DNA of 64,000 nucleotides, taken from the NCBI GenBank assembly GCA_951406725.2, contig OX597818.1, forward strand, positions 53,134,001 to 53,198,000. Reading direction: 5' to 3'. Positions 1 to 16,410 of the stretch are shown piece after piece. The position numbers and the translations under genes were made by a program. The notes below the pieces were generated by a model that saw only the letters and a program-made list of their open reading frames with translations, did no database searches and had not been told where the DNA came from. The stretch comes from Octopus vulgaris (Eukaryota). Each line of letters starts with the position of its first letter. The stretch's first letter is position 1.

Positions 1-1
1 G

Positions 2-68
2 TTCGAAGATGTACCAGGTCCACGAAATTTACCTGTCATTGGCACGTTGTGGCAATATTTACCTGGAG
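2..68 (+). CDS. Cytochrome P450 (mitochondrial clan), coding exon 1 (5'-incomplete, start lies upstream of the window)
   Basis: Translates FEDVPGPRNLPVIGTLWQYLPG, the proline-rich PGP hinge typical of P450 N-termini. Donor GTAGGT at 69, phase 1, joins exon 2 in frame. Confidence 0.9.
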
Positions 69-120
69 GTAGGTGGAAATCGTATCATTATTTTCATTTT
101 CATTACAGTATTTCAAGTAG

Positions 121-509
121 TGTGGAGGCGCAATGGCCCAGTGGTTAGGGCAGCGGACTCGCGGTCATAGGATAGCGGTTTCGATTCCAAGACCGGGCGT
201 TCTGAGTGTTTATTGAGAGAAAACACCTAAAGCTCCGCGAGGCTCCGGCAGGGGATGGTGGTGATCCCTGCTGTACTCTTTCACCACAACTTTCTCTCAC
301 TCTTACTTCCTGTTTCTGTTGTACCTGTATTTCAAAGGGCCGGCCTTGTCACTCTCTGTGTCACGCTGAATATCCCCGAGAATTACGTTAAGGGTACACG
401 TGTCTGTGGAGTGCTCAGCCACTTACACGTTAATTTCATGAGCAGGCTGTTCCGTTGATTCGGATCAACCGGAACCCTCATCGTCGTAACCGATGGAGTG
501 CTTCCATCC
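121..509 (+). mobile_element. tRNA-derived SINE, family A (possibly octopus OR-type), full length
   Basis: tRNA-like head with A-box TGGCCCAGTGG and B-box GTTTCGATTCC. 16-bp TSD ACAGTATTTCAAGTAG at 105-120 and 510-525. Near-identical inverted copy at 53975-54359. Confidence 0.88.
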
Positions 510-835
510 ACAGTATTTCAAGTAGCAGGATCGAGGTCTCATGACAAAATACCTTGCATATTTAGTGGGTTTTTCCGTTCTGAGTTCAAATCGCACCGTA
601 GCAGGTTTTCACTTTATCTTTCGACGCCGATAAAATATGTGTACAGACGGAACAGTCTATTATATTTAAGTTCGGTGGTATGATATAATCGACTGTTCCA
701 TCCGTATTCGTTTTGCGTCAGTTAGAAATCATAATTTCACTCGAATACAATGTTATATTGTAGTTCAAAATGAACTCGTTTTCGTTATTTTACCCAGCTG
801 GTGCCTGCTTGCCTCGACCTCGACCTCCACCTCCT

Positions 836-885
<50 letters not shown>

Positions 886-1131
886 TTTTCTCCCCTCCCT
901 CTCTCTCGGTTTTACTCCTATTTTCTTAACCTAGTGCAGTTTTTTTTATCGTATTACGTTATTACTCTTTTATAAGGACATAAAATTAATACGTCACTCT
1001 TATGAGAAATAAAAAAAAACAAGCCACATAAAATAATTGTAATAAAATTATAATCAGGCGGGTGTGAAAAAATTCGGTGCAACCTATTTTTTTAGTGAAA
1101 CTTTTACACGTATACAAGAATGTTTTACTTC

Positions 1132-1189
<58 letters not shown>

Positions 1190-2026
1190 AATTTCTTTGG
1201 ATTAGCGACTGGAGTTTCAGGTTACCTCGATCGTCAGGTAAGAACTGTTTTACTTTCAACATGTACACATATTTTTTATCAATTTGGTTGGATGGTCATT
1301 GTTTCATTGGTCATCTTCTAATATCATACGTTATTTTTAAAGTTGTTAGAATGTGGCTTTTGGGGTAGGTTGATAACCGATGTTATTTGCCTTCTAGTGT
1401 GCTGAATAGTGTTTTTTTCCCCATGATATTTGGCTCTTCGTTGTCTGAGTTAAGCTTTCATGCCATGATAACCACTATATTCTAACGAAGCAAGAAATAG
1501 CCTAAACAAATCAATTTACGATCACTCAATATGTAAAACAACTGAACTACAGCGAAATAAATAAGGAAAACTGCCTTTAAGGTTACAACCGTTTAATCAT
1601 AAATAAAAATAGGGACGGAGCTGATTTCAGAAATACAATGCTTGACGAAAATAAAATAAATAAAACAGATATAAAACCAATGAACCAGAACCAGAAATGA
1701 GGGTATCAAAGTTCGCCAATTCACAAATCAAAATGATTACATTGGGCGCATGCGTACGATAATTTCACATTCGCTGATTATGCCTTTAAAATGAGGGACC
1801 ATTGAAAAACATTACAATAGAGTAACACGATAAAAGGTTATAGCTTTTCGAACACTGATGGTCTTGAGTCTCTTATAATCTGCACTAATTTACTAGCAGG
1901 AGCTTCAACTTCCTGCGACTGCCACACTGGTACCTTGCACAAATTAGTATCTTGTACATTACAGTACTAATAAACATGTATCATTTGTACTATATATTTT
2001 ATATATTGTATCATTTATACTATATT

Positions 2027-2127
<101 letters not shown>

Positions 2128-2449
2128 TATGTGTATATATATATATATATATATATAGTATATATATGTATACACGTGTATATATGTATATATATACATG
2201 TATATATGTATATATATATACATGTATATATGTATGTATATATACATGTATATATGTATGTATATATATATATATATACACATGTATATATTATGTATAT
2301 ATATACATGTATATATTATGTATATATATACGTGTATATATTAAGTATATATATATATACATGTATATATGCATATATATATATATATACAGTGTATATA
2401 TGTATATATATATAGATATACATATATATATATATGTAGATAGATAGAT

Positions 2450-2490
<41 letters not shown>

Positions 2491-2497
2491 TATAGAT

Positions 2498-2626
<129 letters not shown>

Positions 2627-2638
2627 TGTATGTATATA

Positions 2639-2840
2639 TACAGGGTTATTCAACAAGAATTAAGCGATTTCATTACGCAATATTTTAATAAGGAAAAACA
2701 ATAGAAAACTCCAGCTAAGTCACAAGTATTTACTCACAATCAACTTTTATTCCCTGTCTTACAAGGGTTCGATGTGACCCCCACATGCAGTACGGCCAAT
2801 ATTTCTGCGATAAAAGAATTCTTCCCAAACGCTTACATGC
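2639..2840. mobile_element. Tc1/mariner-like DNA transposon end (remnant)
   Basis: Begins TA-CAGGGTTATTCAA, resembling Tc1/mariner CAGGGT termini after a TA target. No second end found. Confidence 0.35.
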
Positions 2841-2942
2841 ATAATTGACTTATAATTATTCATTTAATTATATACGTAATTTATACTTCATTATTTGTAT
2901 GCAGTTTTACACAAACACACACACACACACGCACACACACAC

Positions 2943-2983
<41 letters not shown>

Positions 2984-3181
2984 CGTGTGTGTGTGTGTGT
3001 GTTTCAGTCGTTTCAGACATTACGCAATGACCCTGCAGAGAATTTTTAGTCGAATGAATTGACCCCAATATTTTTCCAAGCGTGGTACTTATTCTATCGG
3101 TCTCTTTTACCGAGCTTCTAAATTCCGGGGGCGTGAGCACAAAAACACCGGTTGTCAAACGGGTGTAGGGTGACAAACACA

Positions 3182-3982
<801 letters not shown>

Positions 3983-4581
3983 AACTTATGAGGTTCATCT
4001 ATGCCATTGCTTGACGTACTACAGGTAGCTTCTGAATTTCACCCAAATCATACACTATCGTCTTAAAAATAGGTCATTGCCAGGTCCATGAAACGATCAG
4101 GGCAGGTTGAAACTTACGTGAGAGAAAGGCGAGGCGAGAAATACAATTGGAGGAGTGGTGAGAGAGAAAAAGAGAGCGAAATCACTGAGCGACACGAACT
4201 TCTTTGCAATAATAGTGGGACAGAATAGAGGAAGAAGCTAGAGAGGGAGAGGGAGAGGCAAATTAAAGTGTTTGTTTATTCTGATTGTTTGTGTGAGCGA
4301 GCGTTTTATTACTTAGTTGATTGACGTGTTCGTTTTCTTCTGTCGTAAAATTTTTTGTCTGTATATTCAATGTTAACAAATATTTTGAAAGATGATTGCT
4401 TTTTAACGTGACCAATATAGTAGAAAAAAAAAACTGAACCTGTTGCTTTACTGTAACGATTTATTGCGTCACAATTCCACCAAGGTCAAATTTGCTTTTT
4501 TTCTTTGGGACTGAAATCAATAAAATATACAAAAATATAAAATACGAGATAAACACAAAATTATTTCATAGACACTTACTT

Positions 4582-4853
4582 GGATCTTTTCGCTTTGACC
4601 GGCAGATTTTTTTTAATAATTTTAAACAACGATCCGGACAAATTGGAATCACCTCAATAGACGTTGTTGATTAGTTGAAATTGCCGAAATGCAACAAATT
4701 AAAGAACAAATAGCTTACAAGCTACAGAATTTTCTTAAGAAGGCCAAGAGAAAAAGATGTTTTATAAACACATTCTACAAGTATACGAAGTTTAAAAGTG
4801 TATAGTTACGAAAAAATTATTTTTAAAATCTGCCGGTCAAAACGAAAAGATCC
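4582..4853. mobile_element. MITE with GGATCTTTTCG terminal inverted repeats (short variant)
   Basis: Left end GGATCTTTTCGCTTTGACCGGCAG, right end CTGCCGGTCAAAACGAAAAGATCC. Interior matches the copies at 19856, 46271, 47375 and 51890. Confidence 0.8.
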
Positions 4854-5246
4854 CCAAAGTTTCCTGCAAAGGTTCTTCTGCTTTGCCAAATGCACTTCTC
4901 GGTTCCTGCGGATATGCACAACATTGTCTTCTCAGAGTGCAGTTTATGTCTGACTTGCGGTGAGATTTGTCTGGTTGTTTCTGTCTGTCTACAGAGTGAA
5001 TAAGTGCTGCTTGCTTGTGTAGTCGTATACGCTTGTAGATTGAGCACTCTTTTACTCGTTTCAGTCATTTAACTGTGGCCATGCTGGAGCACCGCATTTA
5101 GTCGAGCAAATCGGCTCATTCTTTGTAAGCCTAATACATATTCTATCGGTCTCTTTTGCCGAACCGCTAATGTTACGGGGACGTAATCACACCAGCATCG
5201 GTTGTCAAGCGATGTTGGGGGGACAAGCACAGACACACAAACATAC

Positions 5247-5397
<151 letters not shown>

Positions 5398-5401
5398 TGT
5401 G

Positions 5402-5471
<70 letters not shown>

Positions 5472-5472
5472 T

Positions 5473-5513
<41 letters not shown>

Positions 5514-5759
5514 CTTAATCCGTTTGTCTGTCCTTGTTTGTCCTGTCTGTGTTAAGCCCCTTGTGGGTAGTAAAGAAATAGGTATTTTGTTGGTTTCATT
5601 TTCTGAGTTTAAATTCCACCGTGGTCGATTTTGCCTTTCAACCTTTCGGGGTCGATAAAATAGGTACCAACTGATCATTTGGATCGATGTAATCAACTTA
5701 GCACATCCCCTTATATGCTGGTCTTGTGCCATAATTTGAAGCACTTGTATTCTTCTCAA

Positions 5760-6460
5760 GCCTTCCAGCGTGTGTATGTTGTTGCCTTGTTATGACGTTG
5801 GCTGTATTCTGTCTCAGCAATTTCTTATTTCTTTATTGCCCAGAAGGGGCTAAACATAGAAGGGACAAACAAGGATAATCAAAGGGATTAAGTCGATTAC
5901 ATCGACCCCAGCGCGTAACTGGTACTTAATTTATCGACCCCGAAAGGATGAAAGGCTAAATCGACTTCGTCGAAATTTGAACTCAGAATGTAGCGGCAGA
6001 CAAAATACCTATTTCTTTACTACCCACAAGAGGCTAAACACAGAGAGGACAAACAAGGACAGACAAACGGATTAAGTCGATTATATAGACCCCAGTGCGT
6101 AACTGGTACTTATGTAATCGACCCCGAAAGGATGAAAGGCAAAGTCGACCTCGGCAGAATTTGAACTCAGAACGTAGCGGCAGGCGAAATATGGCTACGC
6201 ATTTCGCCCGGCGCTAGCGTTTCTGCCAGCTCACCACCTGTCTCAGCAATTTCTGGGCATCCAGAGACAAGGTGGCCTGTTACTTCTTGGAACTTGCTGG
6301 GGGTTATACCGTTTTACAGTATTCTATGTTGGTAGGACTTTGCTGCAAAGCTCTAGTCTTCTTCAGCAATGAGAACTTGTTGTTTTAGTTTAAGACCAGC
6401 TGTTCTGAGCCATTTATGTGTCCCGCGATGGTCTTCTTCAGCGTTCTGCATTCTTTTTAC
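5760..6460 (-). pseudogene. Decayed R4/Dong-like RLE LINE fragment interrupted by a SINE-B dimer
   Basis: Minus-strand translation gives WLRTAGLK...[21 protein letters not shown], homologous to the zinc-knuckle/RHD region of the 7742-9043 ORF. Reading continues across the SINE insertion. Confidence 0.6.
5826..6237 (-). mobile_element. SINE family B head-to-tail dimer
   Basis: Two units joined at about 6001-6015. 17-bp TSD CTGTCTCAGCAATTTCT at 5809-5825 and 6238-6254. Central GCCTTTCATCCTTTCGGGGTCGATAAATTAAGTACCAG resembles the Deu/Nin SINE domain (from recall). Confidence 0.88.
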
Positions 6461-6727
6461 GAATTATTATTATTGTTGTGGCTGTTGTTGATAAGGTCGA
6501 CGGGCCGGCAGAATCGTTAGCGCGCTGGACAAAATGCTTAGCGGTATTTCGTCTGTCTTTACGTTCTGAGTTCAAATTCCGCCGCGGTAGACATTTAGAC
6601 ATTGCCTTTCATCCTTTCTGGGTCGATAAATTAAGTACCAGTTGCGTACTGGGTCGATCTAATCGACTGGCTCCCTCCCTAAAATTTCGGGCCTTGTGCC
6701 TAGAAGAGAAAAGATTATTATTATTAA

Positions 6728-9126
<2,399 letters not shown>

Positions 9127-9132
9127 ATTATT

Positions 9133-9236
<104 letters not shown>

Positions 9237-9237
9237 C

Positions 9238-9396
<159 letters not shown>

Positions 9397-9517
9397 GGCG
9401 GCGACCTGGCAGAATCGTCAACAGGCCGGACAACATGCTTAGCCGCATTTCGTCCGTCTTTACGCTCTGAGTTCAAATACCACCGGGTATTGATCATCAT
9501 CATCATCATCATCATCA

Positions 9518-9571
<54 letters not shown>

Positions 9572-9593
9572 ATCATCATCATCATCATCATCA

Positions 9594-9690
<97 letters not shown>

Positions 9691-9819
9691 TGCTGTTTTG
9701 TTCTTTATATTTGTACAAGTTGGCTCCAAGTACTCACCCAGAGACCTCAAGGCAAACTAGCTTTGAGGTTTTAAGTTTAAATTTATATTTAAAGAAAAAC
9801 AAACAAAATCTTTTTTCAG

Positions 9820-10048
9820 GGCGATTTTTCAAAACAGACGAAGCAGAAGCTCTTACCAAATTACAAAATGAATATGGCAATGTAGTTCGGGAAAATTTCT
9901 TTGGCACCCAGCTTGTCCGGTTGTTTGACCCTGCTGACTTTGTCACCGTTTTTTCCAGTGAACACAAGTCACCCAAGCGTCCTGGATTTGAAATGATGTC
10001 ATACTATAACGACACATATAACAATGGTAAACATGGCCTTCTCACCAG
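9820..10048 (+). CDS. Cytochrome P450 exon 2
   Basis: Acceptor TTTTTTCAG ends at 9819. Translates GRFFKTDEAEALTKLQNEYGNVVRENFFGTQLVRLFDPADFVTVFSSEHKSPKRP...HGLLT. Donor GTAAGA at 10049, phase 2. Confidence 0.93.
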
Positions 10049-10699
10049 GTAAGAACGTGAAATAGATTTTTTGTCATTGTTTGTACAATAATGACATTTT
10101 TTTTCCTATGGAATGAGGCTTTTTGACGCCGCTGTTTCGACGCTGGCGATTTGGCACAGCTGACTGGTCATTCAGCCAGTTTTGGCGTCAGTACGTTTTG
10201 ACATTAAAGGCAAATACGCACATGCGCTCGTGCGAGTATAAATATACACATAAAGAGAGAGAGAGAGAGTACAATTTTTTAATTGGACACGATTTCCCTC
10301 TCCCAAGACACATAAAGAGAAATATGCTGACAGACATACAGAGAGAGAGAGAAAGAGAAAGAGAGACAGAGAGACAGAGAGAGAGACAGACAAAGAGAGA
10401 GAAAGAAAGAGAGAGAGAAAGAAAGAAGGAAGGAAGGAAAGAAAGAGAACGAAAGAAACAAGTGAAACAAGTCAGCGTCGAATCAGCGATACCAAATCTT
10501 TTTTCTGCTTCTGTTAGAAAACAGATTTAGCATCGCTGATTAGAATAATTATTCTAATAGAATAACATTACTAATAGAGAAACGAAAATAAACTTTGGAA
10601 ACAGCAACGCCACCATAGGTTACGTGGAAACGATGAACGTGTTTTCAAGGGAGATAATCAAAGAACGTAACATTGTAATACTTCATGTAAAGTAAATAT

Positions 10700-10905
10700 A
10701 ACAAATGAAAAATCCTTCAAGAATCCATAAAAATTCCTGTATCACTACAAAAATTTCATCATCTCTTCCGTGTGTCATTACCAACTTTTCCAGCAAGTTT
10801 CATCAAATACTGATCACAACTTTTTGAGTAATTTTGCACACAGACGGACAGACGGACAAAGCAACGCCGATGAAAACATAACTTCCTATGTTGGCGGGGG
10901 TAATT
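10700..10905 (+). mobile_element. Non-autonomous Helentron/DINE-like element 3' portion
   Basis: (GACA/GACG)n microsatellite followed by AACATAACTTCCTATGTTGGCGGGGGTAAT terminal hairpin-like end. This layout is recalled from mollusc and fish HINE-type repeats. Confidence 0.45.
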
Positions 10906-11619
10906 ATTTGAAAGTTCTCTTTGGAAAAGAAAATATAAACCTAGTGGCACTTGTTGGAAACTGTCATAGAAAAGACAGTTAATTTCAATAAATTGGGAAA
11001 AAACACTTATCAATATAATTAGCTTGATTACGAACCTCATGGTTCCGGGTTCAGTCCCACTGCGTGGCACCTTGGGCAAGTGTTTTCTACTATAGCCTCG
11101 GGCCGACCAAAGCCTTGTGAGTGGATTTGGTAGACGGAAACTGAAAGAAGCCCGTCGCATATATGCATACATATATGTATGTGTGTTTGTATGTTTGTGT
11201 GTCAGTGTTTGTCCCCCCCCCCCCCGCAACATCGCTTGACAACCGATGCTGGTGTGTTTACGTCTCCATAACTTAGCGGTTCGGCAAAAGAGACCGATAG
11301 AATAAGTACTAGGCTCACAAAGAATATGTCCTGGGGTCGATTTGCTCGACTAAAGGCGGTGCCCCAGCATGGCCACAGTCACATGACTGAAACAAGTAAA
11401 AAAGTAAAAGAGTAAAGGGTCAGTGTGAAGACGGCGAGGTGGCAGAACCGTTAGCGCGCCGTCCAGAACGCTTAGAGTATTTCGTCCGATCTTATGTTCT
11501 GAGTTCAAAGTCCGCCGTGGACAAATTTGCCTTTCAGGATCGATAAAATAAGTAACAGTCAAGTACTGAGGTTGATGTAATCGACTAAACCTCTCCCCAC
11601 AAATTTCAGGTCTTGTGCC

Positions 11620-11704
11620 TATAATAGAAAGGTTTCCCTTTGTTTTTTAGAGAGCATATGGCGTACTAAACCCAAGATTCCGAGTTCGATTCCAGACAGT
11701 GACT

Positions 11705-11782
<78 letters not shown>

Positions 11783-11945
11783 ACCTTAGGAATGAGAACC
11801 CAGGTTCGAAATTCCCCAGGACACCTGATGAAGGCTGGAGAGTACATCAGCCGAAACGTTGTGCTAACAACAAAGGAGATGAGGGTAAATACCAGTCAAA
11901 TATAACTAGACTTACAACAGCAGTGCCCCAGCATGGCCACAGCTT
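11620..11945 (+). mobile_element. Composite repeat: tRNA-like B-box, (TAA)n, hammerhead-like motif, CR1-type tail
   Basis: GAGTTCGATTCC at about 11682, CTGATGA...GAAAC at 11825-11857, tail GTGCCCCAGCATGGCCACAGCT. Inverted near-copy at 15490-15835. Confidence 0.7.
11819..11865 (+). ncRNA. Putative minimal type I hammerhead ribozyme
   Basis: GGACAC-CTGATGA-A-GGCTG(loop)CAGCC-GAAA-CG-TT-GTGCT: intact CUGANGA and GAAA cores, 5-bp stem II, vestigial palindromic stem III (ACGT), short stem I. Confidence 0.55.
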
Positions 11946-12334
11946 CCAGCACTCATAGCGCTCTTCTAATGTGCGTCTCTGCTCCTTAAAAGTTTTAGGA
12001 TCCATTTAGAATATCACTTCAGAAAAGCCCACTTTTTATTTCATTTTCGTATCTTTTGTTTTTGTTTGAAAAAGTAATTACTTCATTTCGTTTTTGGATT
12101 TGGTTTGCAAGATTCTTTATATGAGTTCGTGTGTTGAAGTATATTCTATAAAAACTATTGAAAAGGTTGCAAGACGCAACGAAAATTTTAGGACAATAAA
12201 AATAAGAAAAAAGTGGAAATTTTACCGGTGAATGTGTGTTACATAATAAGGCACAAAAAGAAAATGACTCTCCCCAGACACAACTAAATACTGCATGGCG
12301 TTGAAAATCACAACCAGCGAGCGAATAAATGGAA

Positions 12335-12495
12335 ATTATCATCGTCGTCGTCGTCGTCATCGTCATCAACATAATCATCAACTTCATCATCATCATCATC
12401 ATCATCATCATCTTCATCATCATAATCTTCCTCTTCATCATCGTCATCATATTCATTTTCGTGATCGCCATTCTCATCATTCTCCGTCGTCACAA

Positions 12496-12559
<64 letters not shown>

Positions 12560-12671
12560 CCACCACCACCATCATCACCATCATCATCATCATCATCATC
12601 ATCACCACCACCATCATCACCATCATCATCATCACCACCATCATCATCATCATCACCATCATCACCACCAC

Positions 12672-12712
<41 letters not shown>

Positions 12713-12750
12713 CCATCATCATCACCATCATCATGATCATCATCATCATT
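12335..12750. repeat. (CAT/CAC)n compound microsatellite
   Basis: Visible directly. Explains the poly-H/I/S/M/D ORFs. Confidence 0.97.
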
Positions 12751-13275
12751 CAACGTCCGTGTTCCACGCTGGCATGAGTTGGACTTAACATAGGTCGGTG
12801 GACCCATGTTTATGAGAAATAAAAAGGAAAAACGAATGATTCTTCCTCCCCGCCCCCGCCCCCAACACACACACACACACACATACACACCTTATTGAAA
12901 TTATCAAAGAAACGATACCAGACGAGGATCAATTAACGGCTACAGTAGCCATAACTTCAACGATCATGCAAACACCACAATAAACAACAACGTTGGCATA
13001 CGAATATCAACAACAATTTATCTAGTAATAGCAGCAACAACGGCAATACGAACAACAATAACACATCCTCTACAAATAACATCGCTGTTGTGACTAAAAT
13101 ACACGCAGAAGACACAATAGGACGAGTGGTTGATGCATTCGTAACGGCAAACACCAATAGCAGCGACATAAACTGAAGTAGTGTCAGCAGCAATGGAGAG
13201 AATAGAGCTTCCCACACCGCCTACACCAGAGGTGAGGAGACGCAACGAACACTGTTTTCCTGACCAGCATCAGCT

Positions 13276-14064
13276 GTGGAGGCGCAATGGCCCAGTGGTT
13301 AGGGCAGCGGACTCGCGGTCGGAGGATCGCGGTTTCGATTCCCAGACCGGGCGTTGTGAGTGTTTATTGAGCAAAAACACCTAAGTTCCACGAGACTCCA
13401 GCGTGGTGGGGTGAACCCCGCTGTACTCTTTCCCCACAACTTTCTCTCACTCTTTTTTCCTACCTCTGCCACAAAGCAGAGGAACCATGGTGTAACCCAC
13501 TATGTGTGTTTATTGAGCGACAACACCTAAAAGCTCCACGAGGCTCCGGCAGGAGGTGGCGGCGACCCCTGCTGTACTCTTTCGCCACAACATTCTCTCA
13601 CTCTTTCCTCCTGCATCTTGCAGCTCACCTGCCGATGGACCGGCGTCCCGTCCGGGTGGGGGACCTATACGCCAAGAAACCGGGAAACCTGCCCTTATGA
13701 GCCAGGCATGGCTCGAGAAGAACAACGCAGCGGACTCGCTGCCGGAGGATCGCGGTTTCGATTCCCGGACGGGGCGTTGTGTGTGTTTATTGAGCGAAAA
13801 CACCTAAAAGCACCACGAGGCTCCAGCAGGGGGTGGCGGCGACCCCTGTTGTACTCTTTCGCTTCAACTTTCTCTACTCTTTCTTCCTGTTTCTTGTCCC
13901 CGACCTACTACGCAACCGCTGAGCCTGGATGCGCATTCATCCATCCGTCGATGCTCTTGGTGTCGGGGGTTGACCTGCTTTCTCTTCTGCGGGTCTTACG
14001 AATAGCAAAGGACCACGTTTCGGATTTCTCCCACTAATGGGACGAAGACCGCTTCACTCAACAA
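13276..14064 (+). mobile_element. Chimeric trimer of family-A SINE variants
   Basis: Three A-type bodies with three different tails (joins near 13504 and 13726). Flanked by direct repeat ACCAGCATCAGCTGTG at 13263-13278 and 14065-14080. Confidence 0.75.
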
Positions 14065-14107
14065 ACCAGCATCAGCTGTGTCAATCACAGTTCCAACCAC
14101 TACCCTC

Positions 14108-14500
14108 GTGGAGGCGCAATGGCCCAGTGGTTAGGGCAGCGGACTCGCGGTCGTAAGAACGCGGTTTCGATTCCCTGACCGGGCATTGTGAGTGTTTATT
14201 GAGCAAAAACACCTAAGCTCCACAAGACTCCAGCGTGGTGGGGTGAACCCCGTTGTACTCTTTCCCCACAACTTTCTCTCACTCTTTCTTCCTACTTCTG
14301 CCTCAAAGCAGAGGAACCATGGTGTAACCCACTATGGTGTGGTAAATTTTCAGACCCTAGTCTAGATTGCCAATCCTCTGTACCCCAGAATGGTTCAGCT
14401 CTCCACCCGTTAAAAGCCACCTTTTACGGAGTGAGGATAACAACAGCTTTCGCGCCCGTGCAACCGATAGTCTATCGCGTGTGGTGGGTGGATCTTCAAG
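14108..14500 (+). mobile_element. SINE family A, variant tail
   Basis: Full tRNA-like head. Body matches 13276-13503 and continues further. 3' end approximate. Confidence 0.75.
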
Positions 14501-15489
14501 TTGCCATACGCACTCTTAGAAGATTAGAGTAGGCTCGAATTAGAGAATATTCTTTGTGGCTAATGGCGTGAGTCCTGATTGGAAGACGAAGAAGAAGAAG
14601 AAGAAGAAGAAGAAGACCGCTACCACCACCACAAGCAACTGTTTAGTTTGCTTCTTTTTCTTTTTCTTTTTTTTTCCTTTTTTTGTTGGTGGTGAAGATA
14701 GTGGTGGTGGTGGGGGAGTTGAACCACTGTTGCTACCTAGAAAAGAGTTATCTCTTTCGTCCGAGTGATGAGTTCCTGCATAATGCATTCAGTCGCAGAC
14801 AAAGAAGCTTTCACCCAAAAACACAAGGCTCACATTGTCTGGCTTGGCATGTTAGCTCTGCACGAGGCAAAAACTGAAAAAAATGTAAAACTAATTATCG
14901 CATACACATGTATGAACATATGTAAGAAAGAAAAGAGCATACAAACCAAATCCAGAACAAGCAAAATTGCGCTAAAATGTGTATGAGATAGATGCTAAAT
15001 AGCACGTAGACAAATGGAGTATAATATAGGACGGTGTTGGCTTTGTGAACGAATTGCACTCTTACAAGGTGTAGATACAAAGGAGCAGTTAATCAAGTCG
15101 GTACTGGATGATGTTTTAATGTTGAAAGAGTGTGAGGAGGCTAACCATTCCGTATGAATCTCCCATTAGAACTGATGGTAATTGCAAATAGAGCTTCGAA
15201 TTCTGCCCACACCTGCAAACTTCCTGAAGGCCGCCACCCTCGTTCGTAATAAAGAACTGGAATCAAATGAGAGCTTTATTGAAGGGGTGGGGAAACCAGA
15301 AATTGCATATGAAGCGACATTGGCCACTAAAGGTCACAGCGCTGTATAGCAACGGAACTACAACCGCTGCAGAAAGAATAACAAGAACTACAGCATGTTC
15401 CAACCAAGTACAATGATGGAAACAGAAGGAATCTGTCTTGAAATACCACTAACCAAAATGGTATTCTTTTTTTATTTTTTTAAATATTT

Positions 15490-15687
15490 TTAGTTTCAGC
15501 TCAGAGCTGTGGTCATGCTGGGTCACCGCCGTTGTAAGTCTAGTTATATTTGACGGATATTTGCCCTCATCTTGTTTGTTGTTAACACATCGTTTCGGTT
15601 GATGTACTCTCCAGCCTTCATCAGGTGTCCTGGGGAATTTCGAACCTGGGTTCTCATTCCTAAGGTATTTTTCCGATGTTGTTGTTG

Positions 15688-15752
<65 letters not shown>

Positions 15753-15835
15753 AGTCACTGTCTGGAATCGAACTCGGAATCTTGGGTTTAGTACGCCATA
15801 TGCTCTCTAAAAATCAAAAGAAAACCTTTCTATTA
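15490..15835 (-). mobile_element. Inverted copy of the 11620-11945 hammerhead-bearing composite
   Basis: Reverse complement matches module for module, including CCTGATGAAGGCTGGAGAGTACATCAACCGAAAC and the CR1-type tail. Confidence 0.7.
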
Positions 15836-15858
15836 TAAGCTTTCTATTATAAGCTTCT

Positions 15859-16088
15859 TATTTCTTTATTGCCCACAAGGGGCTAAGCATAGAGGGGACA
15901 AACAAGGACAGACAAACGGATTAAGTCGATTACATCGACCCCAGTGCGTAACTGGTATTTAATTTATCGACCCCGAAAGGATAAAAAGCAAAGTCGACCT
16001 CGGCGGAATTTGAACTCAGAACGTAACGGCAGACGAAATACGGCCACTCGTTTCGCCCGGTGTGCTAACGTTTCTGCCAGCTCGCCTC
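15859..16088 (-). mobile_element. SINE family B monomer
   Basis: Consensus B sequence with imperfect TSD AAGCTTCTTA/AAGCATCTTA. Other B copies at about 6495-6720(+), 11430-11630(+), 16690-16845(+), 18950-19265(+), 21608-21838(-), 26755-26984(-), 34188-34417(-), 34548-34780(+), 34995-35215(-), 37223-37455(+), 42501-42733(+), 44706-45097(+), 45177-45408(+), 49182-49395(+) and 56148-56380(+). Confidence 0.88.
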
Positions 16089-16219
16089 AAGCATCTTACT
16101 AACCAACCATAGCTGCTCCTAAAACAATCTCCGTCCCTAGGTGGATATTTCTATATTTCTGTATCTCTATATTCCATCGCTTTCATTTGAGTCTTTTTTT
16201 TTTTATTTTCTCCTAACAG

Positions 16220-16410
16220 CAATGGACCCTGCTGGGCATCAATGAGAAAATCAGTTCAGAACCAGTTTTTGCAACCAACAGAAGTCGCGAAGTACACCTG
16301 CTTACATGATTCTATAGCTCAAGCATTTGTCGAACGACTCAGTCAACTCAGAGACAGTGATGACGTCATTGAAGATTTGACGCCAGAACTTTATAAATTT
16401 GCAATAGAAT
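16220..16410 (+). CDS. Cytochrome P450 exon 3 (C-helix WxxxR)
   Basis: Acceptor TTTTCTCCTAACAG. Translates SNGPCWASMRKSVQNQFLQP...DLTPELYKFAIE. Donor GTAAAT at 16411, phase 1. Confidence 0.93.

Noticed and set aside
122-200. tRNA gene-like sequence with A and B boxes (also 13276, 14108, 36750-36824, 44240-44315, 54285-54359)
   Set aside because: Each runs into a shared SINE body, several with TSDs, and lacks a clean cloverleaf and terminator. These are SINE heads.
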